DNA of 64,000 bases from Acidobacteriota bacterium (GCA_019639155.1 JAHBSJ010000007.1:173429-237428); one strand, 5' to 3'. Counted from the first letter of the stretch, positions 53,516-63,964 are shown. Notes: a model not told the origin generated them from the sequence alone. Made by a program: numbers and translations.

Positions 53516-55768
53516 ATGAGAAAAATTCGGCTTTTTGCGATAGTCTTCCTCGCGGCTTCCTCTGTTTTCGCACAAGACAAGCTAATCACGCTTGACGACA
53601 TTTTCAATCCTGACGCGAGTAAGCGTGTGCGGTTCGGCGGGACGCCTGCTTTTGTGCAGTGGGCGGCAGACGGGCGTTCGTTTCGCCAGATGATCGGCGG
53701 ACGGCTGATGCGCGTCGATGCGGTCACGGGACAGAGCGCGCCGTATTACGACGTGGACTCGTTCATCGCTGCCCTCACACGTGCGGGCGTTTCAGCCGAT
53801 GATGCGAGAACGATCGCGAATTCTCCGTCGCTGAAATTCAATCCCGATGACACTGCCATTCTCGTCAACCACAAGAATGACGTCTGGCATTTTGACGTCA
53901 CCGGCCGCGTGGTCAAGCGGCTGACCAACAACAAGGACGAGGAAAAAGAGGCCGATTTCAGCCCCGATGGCAGATGGGTGAGCTTCGTACGCAACAACGA
54001 TCTATTCGTCGTTGAGGTGGCGACGGGCAACGAAAAGCAGTTGACGCGCGACGGCGCAGAGAAAATTTTCAACGGCTATCTCGTCTGGGTTTACGAGGAA
54101 GAGCTTTACGGCCGCGGCAACAATCGCGGCTACTGGTGGTCGCCGGATTCGCAGCGGATCGCTTTCCTTCGGCTGGACGAATCAAAGGTGCCGAAGTTCG
54201 TGATGGCGAACGACATCCCGATCGAACAGGTCGTCGAAACGACGCCTTATCCGAAAGCCGGCGATCCGAACCCGACCGTCAAACTCGGCATAGCGGATAT
54301 CAATAAGACGAGTTTTCTACCGAATACATCGCGAATACCGCGAGTCGGACGCAATTTGCCGGCATCCGTCAGACGGCTGGGCGATGCCGTAAAGTTTGTA
54401 AACATAGATAGTTACAAACCCGACGACCTGCTGATCGCCCGTGTTGCGTGGACACCGGACGCAGGCAAGGTCATTTATCAGGCCCTCGATCGCGAGCAGA
54501 CGTTCCTGGACCTGAACGCCGCGGATTTGGACGGCAAGACCACGAAACTCTTAGAAGAGCGGACGCCGGCGTGGGTCGAAGTGTATGACAATCCGATGTT
54601 CCTCGCTGACGGCAGCTTTGTCTGGCAGAGCGCAAAAAGCGGCTGGAAACACCTATATCACTACGACGCTCGCGGACAGTTGAAGCGTCAATTGACCGAT
54701 GGTAAATGGGAGGTCCGCGACGTTTACGGCGTGGACGAACGCGGCGGTTGGGTCTATTTCTCCGGAACCAAGGACAGTCACATCGCGGTCAATGTTTACC
54801 GCGTTCCGCTCGCGGGCGGCGAACCGCAGCGGCTGACGCCGATGGACGGCTGGAATACTGCGTCGTTCAACAAGACCTTCACGCATTTCATACACAATTT
54901 CAGCAACATCACCACGCCGCAGCAGACGCGGCTCAATCGTGCCGACGGCTCACTCGAACGCATGATCAATGAGAACAAGGTCGATCTGCTGAAGGAATAC
55001 AAACTCAGCAAACCGGAGTTTTTGACCGTGCCCACTCGCGACGGATTTCCGATGGAAGCGATGATCATCAAGCCGCCTGATTTTGATCCTTCGCGGAAAT
55101 ATCCCGTTTTCCAGTTCACCTACGCCGGCCCGCACGCGCCGCAGGTCGCCAACCGCTGGGGCGGCAACCGCGGTCTGTGGTTCCAGATGCTCGCTCAAAA
55201 AGGCTACATCATCTGGGTCTGCGACAACCGGACCGCGAGCGGCAAAGGCGAAGAATCCGTATGGCCCGCGTACAAGCGGCTGGGCGAACTGGAACTTCGC
55301 GATCTCGAGGACAGCGTGGCTTACTTGAAAACGCTGCCGTACGTGGACGGCGACCGCATAGGGCTGCACGGCTGGAGCTACGGCGGGTTTATGACGAGCT
55401 TTGCGATGACTCGCAGCAAAACCTGGAAAATGGGCATCGCCGGCGGCTCCGTTACGGATTGGCGTCTGTATGACAGCATCTACACCGAACGCTATATGCT
55501 GACGCCGCAGAATAACCCGGACGGCTATGACCGCACGTCCGTCGTCAAGGCCGCGAAAAACCTGCACGGCAAACTCCTGCTCATCCACGGCGTGATGGAC
55601 GACAACGTCCACATGCAGAACACGACGCAGCTCGTTTACGAACTCCAGCGCGCCGACAAACAGTTCGACCTGATGATCTACCCGACCCAACGCCACGGCG
55701 TCACCAATCCCGCATTGGTCAAACACTGGTACACAATGATGACGGATTTTATTTACAAGAATCTCTAG
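53516..55768 (+). CDS. S9B-family dipeptidyl-peptidase IV (secreted)
   Basis: The start at ATG 53516 gives the signal peptide MRKIRLFAIVFLAASSVFAQ. It has a DPPIV N-terminal propeller and the catalytic Ser motif HGWSYGGFM. Confidence 0.9.
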   Translation: MRKIRLFAIVFLAASSVFAQDKLITLDDIFNPDASKRVRFGGTPAFVQWAADGRSFRQMIGGRLMRVDAVTGQSAPYYDVDSFIAALTRAGVSADDARTIANSPSLKFNPDDTAILVNHKNDVWHFDVTGRVVKRLTNNKDEEKEADFSPDGRWVSFVRNNDLFVVEVATGNEKQLTRDGAEKIFNGYLVWVYEEELYGRGNNRGYWWSPDSQRIAFLRLDESKVPKFVMANDIPIEQVVETTPYPKAGDPNPTVKLGIADINKTSFLPNTSRIPRVGRNLPASVRRLGDAVKFVNIDSYKPDDLLIARVAWTPDAGKVIYQALDREQTFLDLNAADLDGKTTKLLEERTPAWVEVYDNPMFLADGSFVWQSAKSGWKHLYHYDARGQLKRQLTDGKWEVRDVYGVDERGGWVYFSGTKDSHIAVNVYRVPLAGGEPQRLTPMDGWNTASFNKTFTHFIHNFSNITTPQQTRLNRADGSLERMINENKVDLLKEYKLSKPEFLTVPTRDGFPMEAMIIKPPDFDPSRKYPVFQFTYAGPHAPQVANRWGGNRGLWFQMLAQKGYIIWVCDNRTASGKGEESVWPAYKRLGELELRDLEDSVAYLKTLPYVDGDRIGLHGWSYGGFMTSFAMTRSKTWKMGIAGGSVTDWRLYDSIYTERYMLTPQNNPDGYDRTSVVKAAKNLHGKLLLIHGVMDDNVHMQNTTQLVYELQRADKQFDLMIYPTQRHGVTNPALVKHWYTMMTDFIYKNL

Positions 55769-55959
55769 GCGGCCTTTTTGACGTCGTCGCGGTCGAGGCT
55801 GTCGATCTTGTCTGCGATCCAGATCCTGATCAGATCGCCCATCGGGATGCCGATGCGTTTAGCACGAGCGTTAAGGGACGCCAACACCCAATTAGGAAGA
55901 TCAACTTCTAATGTTGTTGGCTCAAGATCATTCATATCGTTCGTGATAGTTCTATTCAT
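55765..55959 (-). CDS. Small CopG/BrnA-like RHH protein (orphan antitoxin-like)
   Basis: 64 aa. EVDLPNWVLASLNARAKRIGIPMGDLIRIWIADKI resembles the BrnA-type pattern (..D.P.W....LD.EA.R.G..R...IK.W....L). It overlaps the slt-like stop by 8 nt. No BrnT-like partner was seen. Confidence 0.45.
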   Translation of the reverse strand: MNRTITNDMNDLEPTTLEVDLPNWVLASLNARAKRIGIPMGDLIRIWIADKIDSLDRDDVKKAA

Positions 55960-58237
55960 CGATCATCACCTCTGGATTTTCCGCCGCGAACTGATCCCGC
56001 GGTTTTGAATCGAGAGCGGCGCGGACCGGGCGTGTGCCGACGTTCGGGCGCCAGGCGCCTGTCTCGTCGTAGAGCCTTCGGTATTGAGCGGTGTTGCGGA
56101 TGATTCCCTGGACGTACATACGCGTTTCGCGGAAAGGGATCGCTTCTACGAATTCATCCATTTCGGCCGGCAGCGTGCGACGCCACGTAACGACGCGGCC
56201 GGGGCCGGCGTTATATGCGGCTGCCATGAATTCGATGCGGCCGTAGCGGTCGAGCTGTTCGCGCATATACGCGGTGCCGAGCTCGATATTTATCGCGGGA
56301 TCATAAAGGTCGCTGCCCGTGGCGATGCGTGCCGGCGAACCGAACTTTCGTGCCGTCATTTGGGCCGTGGGAACGAGCAGCTGCATCAGCCCGAATGCAT
56401 TAGCCGACGAACGAGCGGTCGGGTTGAAAACGGATTCCTGACGGATCAGTCCGGCGACCTTAAAGATGTCGAGGTTGCGTGCACGCGACCAGCGGGCGAT
56501 GTGGTCCCACGCGATGTGCGGATAAAAGATGTCCCATTCCTCGCGTCCCATCTCTTCGGGAAACATCTGCGCGTAATCGGGATAGCTGCGTGCAAGTGCG
56601 AGCAGAGCCGCGACGTTGTCGCCGCGCATGCGGTGATGGCGTGCGATGGCGAGGTTCACCGTCGGGCTGTTGCCGGCGGTCCGGCGTGCGGCATTGAGTT
56701 CGTCTAGAGCCCAATCGAAAAGACCGATCGTTGTCAATTCGTCGGCCTTTTCGACGAGGTCGAGCTCTCGTTTGGCCGCCGTTTCGCCCGCGACGGTGAT
56801 GGTCTTCAGATTTGCGGCGGCACGCGCGACAGTTTCATTCGGCGGCGTGACGGACCGGCACTCGCCGCGTTTTTTCAGGTTGTCCATGCGATCCGCGGCC
56901 AGATAACCGTACCAATTCGCCGAATAGCGGTAGATCATCGCGTCGTATAGGGTGCATGCCTCGGCGATCTTGCCGGCGCGTTCGCTGTCGCGTGCGGACC
57001 AATAGCCGGCGCGTCCGCGAAACGTCGTGTCGCGGTCGGCGTAACGCGCCAGATGATCGATGAACATCTGCGACGCGACGGCGAAATTGCCCTGATCATG
57101 CTGAAACCATGCCGCCTCGAACTGCGCCTGGGCCACCTCGACGGCGTTCGGAAAAGCGTTGTGTGCCGTGTTCAGAAAATAACCTTCGTCGGTGCGGTTG
57201 CGTGCGTCGCGTGCGGCAAGGCCGGCGTCGATGAACGTTTTCGGCACGAGCTTGCCGTTCGGAAAAGCGGCTCGCATCGCGTCCGCGGTCGAGCGTGTCT
57301 GCGGCCAGTTTCGGGCTTTCGCGTAGCCGAGGACAAGGTGGCGAAACGCCTCTTCGCGTTCCGTTGCCGCCGCTGGAAGAGCGTTGAAAACGGTCTGCGC
57401 CTCAGCCATACGGCCCGCGTTGGCGAGGGCGTTTATGCGGCGTGTTTGAATCGCAGGATCGATCGCCGTGGGAAATGCAGAAGCGAGCGTCGAGTAGGCG
57501 TTCGAGGCATCAGCAAAGTTCTTCGCGTCGAGCAGTTTGTCAGCGCGTGCAAGCTGTTCTTCGAAGTTCTGCGGCATCAGCGATTGGCCAAGCGAAGTGA
57601 GCTTTGCCTCGGCTTCGCGTGCGGCGGCCGTGCCTGCGCCGTAAAAATATGTGCGGCGATAGAATGTTACCGCTTCATTCTGCGAGCCCTGTGCTTCGTA
57701 TGCCTTTGCGGTCCATAGCATCGCGTCGGCGTCGTGTGCCGTTGACATCTCGACCAGGAAAGGCGGCACTTCGACGGCTTTTCCGGTGGCGATCGCGGCG
57801 TCCGCCCACAGCATTTTCGCGTCGCGGGCACGTGTCGAATCCGGATAGTCTTTGAGCAATTTCTCTGCTACCTCTAACGCACCGGCGGCGTCGCCCGACG
57901 AACGCAGCGAACGCGCCCGCAGCCACAGCGCGTCGTCCTCGATCTTTGTCCGCTTTTGGAAAACGTCGCTGTCGAGTATCGCGGCGGCACCGCCGAAATC
58001 CTTGTTATCGAAGCGAATACGGGCGCGGAGCAATTTCGCCAGTGCGCCCGTTTTCTTGTTCGCAAAACGGTTCTCGATATCGGCGACGACGCCTTCGGCG
58101 GGCAGCTTGCCGCCGCGTGTCATCTCGCGAAGCGAACGCAGGGCCTGTTCTTCCGTCTGCTGTGCCGAACAGCCGATCGTCAGCAAAACCATGCCGAAAA
58201 ATGATGTCGTTATTACGTGAAAAAACTGCTTTCTCAT
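55952..58237 (-). CDS. Soluble lytic murein transglycosylase (Slt70-like) lipoprotein
   Basis: The catalytic region is IRQESVFNPTARSSANAFGLMQL. A long superhelical TPR-like domain lies at the N-terminus. The start at ATG 58237 gives MRKQFFHVITTSFFGMVLLTIGC (lipobox). Alternative starts lie at 58249 and 58270. Confidence 0.85.
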   Translation of the reverse strand: MRKQFFHVITTSFFGMVLLTIGCSAQQTEEQALRSLREMTRGGKLPAEGVVADIENRFANKKTGALAKLLRARIRFDNKDFGGAAAILDSDVFQKRTKIEDDALWLRARSLRSSGDAAGALEVAEKLLKDYPDSTRARDAKMLWADAAIATGKAVEVPPFLVEMSTAHDADAMLWTAKAYEAQGSQNEAVTFYRRTYFYGAGTAAAREAEAKLTSLGQSLMPQNFEEQLARADKLLDAKNFADASNAYSTLASAFPTAIDPAIQTRRINALANAGRMAEAQTVFNALPAAATEREEAFRHLVLGYAKARNWPQTRSTADAMRAAFPNGKLVPKTFIDAGLAARDARNRTDEGYFLNTAHNAFPNAVEVAQAQFEAAWFQHDQGNFAVASQMFIDHLARYADRDTTFRGRAGYWSARDSERAGKIAEACTLYDAMIYRYSANWYGYLAADRMDNLKKRGECRSVTPPNETVARAAANLKTITVAGETAAKRELDLVEKADELTTIGLFDWALDELNAARRTAGNSPTVNLAIARHHRMRGDNVAALLALARSYPDYAQMFPEEMGREEWDIFYPHIAWDHIARWSRARNLDIFKVAGLIRQESVFNPTARSSANAFGLMQLLVPTAQMTARKFGSPARIATGSDLYDPAINIELGTAYMREQLDRYGRIEFMAAAYNAGPGRVVTWRRTLPAEMDEFVEAIPFRETRMYVQGIIRNTAQYRRLYDETGAWRPNVGTRPVRAALDSKPRDQFAAENPEVMIDE

Positions 58238-58370
58238 ACTGCGGGACATAACCAATAAGTGTAGATGCATCAGAGCTCAAAAAGGTGTGCGGGCGAAGCG
58301 ATTTCGCACGAGCGGTGATAAACCAGTATCATAACAAAGTTCGCAACTTCAGTGTTCGATCAAATTCGGA

Positions 58371-60497
58371 ATGAGGTATTTCGGGGCATTTTTCGGCATC
58401 GTTCTGACGGCGGCTTTCGCGGCCGGGCAGACGCCCTCGCCCAAACCTTCGCCGACGCCCGCAACGGATGTCGTTCGCATTTCGACGAATCTGATCCGCC
58501 TCGACGTTACCGTCACCGACAGCAAAGGCAAGATCATCACCGACCTGCGGCCCGACGAGATCGAAATATTTGAGAATGGCGTAAAGCAGCAGATCGAGGA
58601 CCTGAGTTTTATCTCCGCCGCACGTCCCGTCGAGACGCGTCCGTCGGCGCCGGGCGTTCCCGTGCCGCCCCGCACGATACGCCCCGAAAACGTCCGCCGC
58701 ACCGTCGCGCTTGTCGTTGACGACCTATCTTTGTCTTTTGAAAGCGCTTATCAGACACGCCGCAGCCTGAAAAAATTCGTCGATGAACAGATGCAGGAAG
58801 GCGACCTCGTCGCCATCATACGCACGGGTGCGGGGATCGGCGCGCTGCAGCAGTTCACGTCAGACAAACGCGTGCTGTACGCCGCGATCGAAAAGGTGAA
58901 ATGGAATCCGCTCGGCTCCGGCGGCATCGGCGCGTTCGCGGCATTCGGGTCGTCAGCAGTTCCGACGGACGAAGAAGGCGAGGAAGAACCGGACGCTACG
59001 GCGGTCGGCACAGGCTCGGGCGAGACGCTCGACGAATTCCGTTCGCAGGTTTTCGCGACCGGCACGTTGGGCGCGCTCCGCTACGTCGTAACGGGAATGA
59101 GTGCCTTGCCGGGCCGCAAATCCGTAATACTTTTCTCGGACGGATTCCGCATTTTCGAGGGCACGCCCGGCGAAATGCAGACCGCCGGAACGGTTTTCGA
59201 CTATCTGCGGCGGCTGGTCGATACGGCGAACCGCAATTCGGTCGTCTTTTACGCCGTCGATGCCCGAGGGCTGAAATACACAGGCATCACCGCGGAGGAC
59301 AACGTGAGCGAGATGTCTGCCGAGCAGCGGCAAACTGCCGTTGCGGGCCGCGGTGCTTTGCTCGCGGAAACGCAGGACGGGCTGAAATTTCTGTCGGATT
59401 CGACCGGCGGTTTCGCGATCGTAAATTCCAACGACCTCGCCGGCGGCGTCCGCCGCGTGCTTGAGGATCAGAGCTATTATCTCGTCTCCTACGAACCGTC
59501 GGACGAGACCTTTGACCCGGAAAAACGCCGTTTCAATCGTCTTGAGGTCAAGGTGCTGCGCCGCGGTGCGACGGCGCGTTACCGCAGCGGCTTTTTCAAT
59601 ACCGCGACGCCCGAGGCCGATCGGTCCATCGCGACCTTTTCGCAAAATCCGCTGCACGATGCCATTTTCTCGCCATTTGGCAAGTCGGAGATCAACGTCC
59701 GGCTGAATGCGTTGTACGGCGTCGATCCGAAGAACGCCGGTTTTGTGCGTTCGCTGCTGCACATCGATCCGTCGGGTTTCGATTTTGCAAAGGACGAGGA
59801 CGGGACGCGGCGTGCGACTTTCGAGCTTCTCGCAGTTAGCTTCGGCGATAATGGCGAGGTCGTCGATCAGCTTTCGAGAAGCTATACGATGGCCGTTAAA
59901 CCGTCGTCATTCGACCGGCTCGTCGCTGAAGGCTTCGTCTATCATTTTGCCTTTCCCGCAAAACCGGGAGCATATCAATACCGCATCGCGATCCGCGACA
60001 CGGCGTCGGGCCGCGTCGGTTCGGCTAGTCAGTTCGTTCAGGTGCCGGACGTCGGCCGAAAGCGCCTGCTGCTTTCCGGCGTCGTCATTGAGAACATCTC
60101 CGCAGAGAATTGGCGTCGCATCACCGAACTCGGCGAACAGCGTGCCGGCACCGATCCGATGACGGATTCGGCGCTTCGACGTGTGAAACGAAACACCGTT
60201 CTGCGGTATGGTTTTGAGGTTTACAACGCACGGCTCGACCGTGACCGCAAACCGCAGCTGACGATGAAGATACGCGTTTTTCGCGACGGCAAGGTGATAC
60301 TGGAGGGCAAAGAAACGCCGATCGACGCCGCAGGCCAGACCGATCTACAGCGTATAAAGGCGTCAGGCGCACTTGCCATCGGCCGGCAAATGCAGGCAGG
60401 TGATCATATTCTGCAGATCATCGTTACCGACACCGGCGCCGGCGGCCGAAATAATTCTGTGACCCAATTCGTCGAATTCGAGGTCGTCGGCAATTAG
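58371..60497 (+). CDS. Secreted VWA-domain protein (TIGR03436 type), long paralogue
   Basis: 708 aa with a signal peptide. The family-typical N-terminus is VVRISTNLIRLDVTVTDSKGKIITDLRPDEIEIFENG. The VWA core follows, starting at ALVVDDLS. Confidence 0.85.
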   Translation: MRYFGAFFGIVLTAAFAAGQTPSPKPSPTPATDVVRISTNLIRLDVTVTDSKGKIITDLRPDEIEIFENGVKQQIEDLSFISAARPVETRPSAPGVPVPPRTIRPENVRRTVALVVDDLSLSFESAYQTRRSLKKFVDEQMQEGDLVAIIRTGAGIGALQQFTSDKRVLYAAIEKVKWNPLGSGGIGAFAAFGSSAVPTDEEGEEEPDATAVGTGSGETLDEFRSQVFATGTLGALRYVVTGMSALPGRKSVILFSDGFRIFEGTPGEMQTAGTVFDYLRRLVDTANRNSVVFYAVDARGLKYTGITAEDNVSEMSAEQRQTAVAGRGALLAETQDGLKFLSDSTGGFAIVNSNDLAGGVRRVLEDQSYYLVSYEPSDETFDPEKRRFNRLEVKVLRRGATARYRSGFFNTATPEADRSIATFSQNPLHDAIFSPFGKSEINVRLNALYGVDPKNAGFVRSLLHIDPSGFDFAKDEDGTRRATFELLAVSFGDNGEVVDQLSRSYTMAVKPSSFDRLVAEGFVYHFAFPAKPGAYQYRIAIRDTASGRVGSASQFVQVPDVGRKRLLLSGVVIENISAENWRRITELGEQRAGTDPMTDSALRRVKRNTVLRYGFEVYNARLDRDRKPQLTMKIRVFRDGKVILEGKETPIDAAGQTDLQRIKASGALAIGRQMQAGDHILQIIVTDTGAGGRNNSVTQFVEFEVVGN

Positions 60498-60502
60498 TTT
60501 TT

Positions 60503-61624
60503 TTGTTGAAAATGCTGAAAATAAGCTCGATAGAACTGACTGAGATCAACCTGCCGCTCGTGCATTTTTTTGAGACGAGCTTTGGCAGGACGTATGAACG
60601 CCGCATCATATTGGTGCGTGTCGAGGACGCCGACGGCGCCGTCGGCTGGGGCGAGATAACGTGCGGCGAAACGCCCGGCTATTCCGACGAATGGACAGAT
60701 TCGGCGTGGGTAACGGCGGAGAAAATTCTGGCACCGATGGTCGTGGGCCGCGAGGTCGATTCGGCCGGCGATGTTTGGAATTTGATGAAATGGGTCCGCG
60801 GCCACCGCATGGCAAAGGCGGGCATCGAGACCGCGTGCTGGGACCTCGAGGCTAACAAGCTTGGCATTCCGCTGTGGCGTCATCTCGGCGGTGTGAATCA
60901 GGTGATCGAATGCGGCGTCTCGATCGGTATTCAGGACTCGATCCCTCAGCTATTGGACAAGGTCCGCGTCGAGCTCGAGGCCGGTTACAAACGCATCAAG
61001 ATAAAGATATCGCCTTCGTGGGACTATGACGTTATAAAGGCGGTGCGAGCGGAATTTGGCGATATTCTGCTGATGGGCGACGCGAATTCGGCGTACACGC
61101 TCGACGACATAGACAAACTGAAAAGCCTGGATGAGTTCAACCTGATGATGCTCGAACAGCCGCTGCCGCACGACGACATCATCGACCACGCAAAGCTGCA
61201 GGCAGCGATCAAAACGCCTGTCTGCCTGGACGAACCCATCAAATCACCCGAAGACGCCCGCAAAGCGATCGAACTTCGCTCCGGCAAGATCATCAACCTA
61301 AAGAACGGCCGCGTCGGCGGACACACTCAATCAAAACTCGTCGAAAACATCTGCCGCGAGGCAGGCATGCCCGTCTGGTGCGGCGGCATGCTCGAATCCG
61401 GCATCGGCCGCGCCCACAACATCGCCATCTCTACACTAGCAGGGTACACAATGCCCGGCGACGTCTCCGCCTCAAAACGCTACTGGCACGAAGACATAAT
61501 CTCCCCGGAAGTCGAGGTCTCAGCCGACGGAACCATAACCGCCCCCGACGGTCCGGGAATCGGGTTTGAAGTGCGCGCGGACCGCGTCGAAAAGGCAGCA
61601 AAACGAAAGAGCATCATTTCCTAG
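60503..61624 (+). CDS. Enolase-superfamily o-succinylbenzoate synthase / N-acylamino-acid racemase family enzyme
   Basis: 373 aa. The metal and acid-base residue contexts are KIKISP, LMGDANSAY, MLEQPL, CLDE and NLKNGRVGG. Confidence 0.8.
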   Translation: MLKMLKISSIELTEINLPLVHFFETSFGRTYERRIILVRVEDADGAVGWGEITCGETPGYSDEWTDSAWVTAEKILAPMVVGREVDSAGDVWNLMKWVRGHRMAKAGIETACWDLEANKLGIPLWRHLGGVNQVIECGVSIGIQDSIPQLLDKVRVELEAGYKRIKIKISPSWDYDVIKAVRAEFGDILLMGDANSAYTLDDIDKLKSLDEFNLMMLEQPLPHDDIIDHAKLQAAIKTPVCLDEPIKSPEDARKAIELRSGKIINLKNGRVGGHTQSKLVENICREAGMPVWCGGMLESGIGRAHNIAISTLAGYTMPGDVSASKRYWHEDIISPEVEVSADGTITAPDGPGIGFEVRADRVEKAAKRKSIIS

Positions 61625-61629
61625 GATTC

Positions 61630-61653
61630 AACCACGCCGTAAACGGCGTGGTT
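61630..61653 (+). other. Perfect 10-bp stem hairpin after the menC-family gene (no U-tract)
   Basis: The sequence is aaccacgccg taaa cggcgtggtt. It is followed by a copy of the dispersed CTCTGTGGCT motif. Confidence 0.35.
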
Positions 61654-61708
61654 ATGCTCTAACCATTTCCTCTGTGGCTAATTCCGCGGACTTCGATAAA
61701 CTCGTAGT

Positions 61709-63964
61709 GTGCGGTTTTGTTTCATCTCGGCAGTTTTGTTGGTGCTGTTCGCGGCGGCGTCGGGCAATTCGCAGACGATCTCGGGAACGGTAATCGATGT
61801 GCGCGGTGCGGTTGTTTCGGGAGCTGAGGTTGCGCTCGAGAGCGGCGGAAAAGCTGACAGAACGACGACGGCGGCGGATGGAACTTTCTCGTTCACGGCA
61901 ACAACGGGAAGACTCACAGTCACTGCGACAGGGTTCAAAACATACACATCAGAGATCTCCCGCGAAGATCCCGGGCCGCTCGTGATCATTCTGCAGCCTG
62001 CACCTGTAACGGTTACGGTCTCGGTCACGCGTTCTGAGGAAGACCAATTGAACGCCAGCGTCGCAGTGATCACCGTCGAAAGCCTCGGCGTGACGGCCGC
62101 TCGGACGGCGGACGACACGCTGCGGCAGCTTCCCGGTTTTCAGCTTTTCCGTCGCAGTTCGAGCCGGACGACGAACCCTACGACACAGGGTGCAAACCTG
62201 CGCGGTGTGTCGGGCAGCGGTGCTTCGCGAGCGAGCGTTCTGTTTGACGGGCTGTCGCTCAACGACGCGTTCGGCGGCTGGACGTATTGGTCGCGTGTGC
62301 CGATGATCGCGGTCGAGCAGATCGAGGTTTTCCGGGGCGGAGCAAGCTCGTTTTACGGCAGCGGCGGCCTGAGCGGTGCGATCAATATCGTTCCCGTAAA
62401 GCGTAGCGGAGAGAAATTTCTATTCAAAGCTGAAACGTCCGCAGCGAGCCAAAACACTGGCGATCTGAGTGCTTTGCTTCTCGCTTCACGCGGCCGTTGG
62501 CAGGTCGATCTGATCGGCGACGTGTTCAGGACGGGCGGCTATATTCCCGTCGAAGAATCGTCCCGCGGCAGCGTTGATACACCTGCGGCGTCGCGGCACA
62601 GGAATTTGCTATTCAAACTCGAGCGAAATTTTGGTGATTCGAATCGGGTTTTTGTCCGCGGCAATCTGTTCCGCGAACGCCGCGACAACGGCACTCGACT
62701 GACCGACAACCAAACGAATTTCCGCCAGCTTGCCTTCGGTGCGGACGCGGCGTCAAAACGCTACGGCGAGGTTCAAATTCGGGCGTTCGGCGAGCGGCAG
62801 GTTTACGACCAGACGTTCTCGGCGATCTCGGCGGACCGAAACACCGAGACGCTTTCGCGGCTCCAGCGTGTGCCGTCGAATGCCGTTGGAGCAAGTATTT
62901 TCTGGCGAAAACGGCTCTTGACCCATTCGCTCGCAGCGTCGGCCGAAATGCTGCGAACGCGCGGTTTCAGCGACGAGGTCGGCTATACGGCGGGCATCGC
63001 GACGAGCGTCAGCCTATCGGGCGGCGAGGCACGCGACCTGTCATTATTTATACAAGACAACTGGAAAGCGTTGCCGAAATTCACGCTCAACCTCTCCGCA
63101 AGAATTGACGCGCGGCGAAATTCCGACGGCATCGCCACTACGCGGATCGTAGCTAACGGCAATGTCACGGAAACGCGATTCGCCGATCGCCGCGACACAT
63201 CGTTCAGCCCGCGGATCGCCGCCGTTTACGACATCAGCGACGCCGCCGCCATTTATGCCTCGTACGCACGGTCGTTTCGAGCTCCGTCGCTCAACGAGCT
63301 TTACCGCGGTTTTCGCGTCGGCAATATCTTAACGGACGCCAACGCATTCCTGACGCCCGAACGCGCGAATACGTTCGAGGCAGGCGGCAGCTATTCGCTG
63401 ACAAACCCGACGCTGATACTACGCGCGAGCGTCTATTCGACCCGCGTCAACGATCCCGTCGTCAGCATAACGACGTCGTCCACGCCGACGCTTATCACAA
63501 GGCAGCGGCGGAATGTCGGCTCGACGCTCAGCCGCGGTTTCGAAGCAGATATGCAGTATTGGCCGACGGCGAAACTGAAACTCAATGCGGGTTATCTCTT
63601 CGTCGATGCAAAGATCAGCAGCTTTCCCGCCGAGCCCGCACTCGTCGGAAACTTTCTGCCGCAGGTGGCAAGGCACAATTTCACCGCACAGGCTCGATAC
63701 GACATCGGCAGACGCTGGAACGTATCGACGCAGCTTCGCGCGTCATCGTCGCAGTTCGAGGACGACCGAAACACGTTGCTGCTCAGAAAATATTTCACCG
63801 CCGACGCCCGCGTGGCACACAAAATTTCAAATGCTGTCGAGGCTTTTTTCGGCATCGAGAACGTTTTCAACTCACGCTACGACATCGGCCGCACGCCCGT
63901 CCGAACCGTCGCCGCACCGCGTTCCGTCCGCGTCGGCTTGCGTGTGAATTTGAGCAAACGGTAG
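61709..63964 (+). CDS. TonB-dependent receptor with an N-terminal CarboxypepD_reg domain
   Basis: 751 aa with a signal peptide. The N-terminal domain has ISGTVIDVRGAVVSGAEVAL. The plug region is LRQLPGFQLFRR...LRGVSGSGASRASVLFDGLSLND...IEVFRGGASSFYGSGGLSGAINIV. A beta-barrel follows. Confidence 0.85.
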   Translation: MRFCFISAVLLVLFAAASGNSQTISGTVIDVRGAVVSGAEVALESGGKADRTTTAADGTFSFTATTGRLTVTATGFKTYTSEISREDPGPLVIILQPAPVTVTVSVTRSEEDQLNASVAVITVESLGVTAARTADDTLRQLPGFQLFRRSSSRTTNPTTQGANLRGVSGSGASRASVLFDGLSLNDAFGGWTYWSRVPMIAVEQIEVFRGGASSFYGSGGLSGAINIVPVKRSGEKFLFKAETSAASQNTGDLSALLLASRGRWQVDLIGDVFRTGGYIPVEESSRGSVDTPAASRHRNLLFKLERNFGDSNRVFVRGNLFRERRDNGTRLTDNQTNFRQLAFGADAASKRYGEVQIRAFGERQVYDQTFSAISADRNTETLSRLQRVPSNAVGASIFWRKRLLTHSLAASAEMLRTRGFSDEVGYTAGIATSVSLSGGEARDLSLFIQDNWKALPKFTLNLSARIDARRNSDGIATTRIVANGNVTETRFADRRDTSFSPRIAAVYDISDAAAIYASYARSFRAPSLNELYRGFRVGNILTDANAFLTPERANTFEAGGSYSLTNPTLILRASVYSTRVNDPVVSITTSSTPTLITRQRRNVGSTLSRGFEADMQYWPTAKLKLNAGYLFVDAKISSFPAEPALVGNFLPQVARHNFTAQARYDIGRRWNVSTQLRASSSQFEDDRNTLLLRKYFTADARVAHKISNAVEAFFGIENVFNSRYDIGRTPVRTVAAPRSVRVGLRVNLSKR

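Noticed and set aside
54950-55726. 258-aa minus-strand ORF opposite the DPP-IV catalytic domain
   Set aside because: It is an antisense shadow. The plus strand carries the GWSYGG serine motif.
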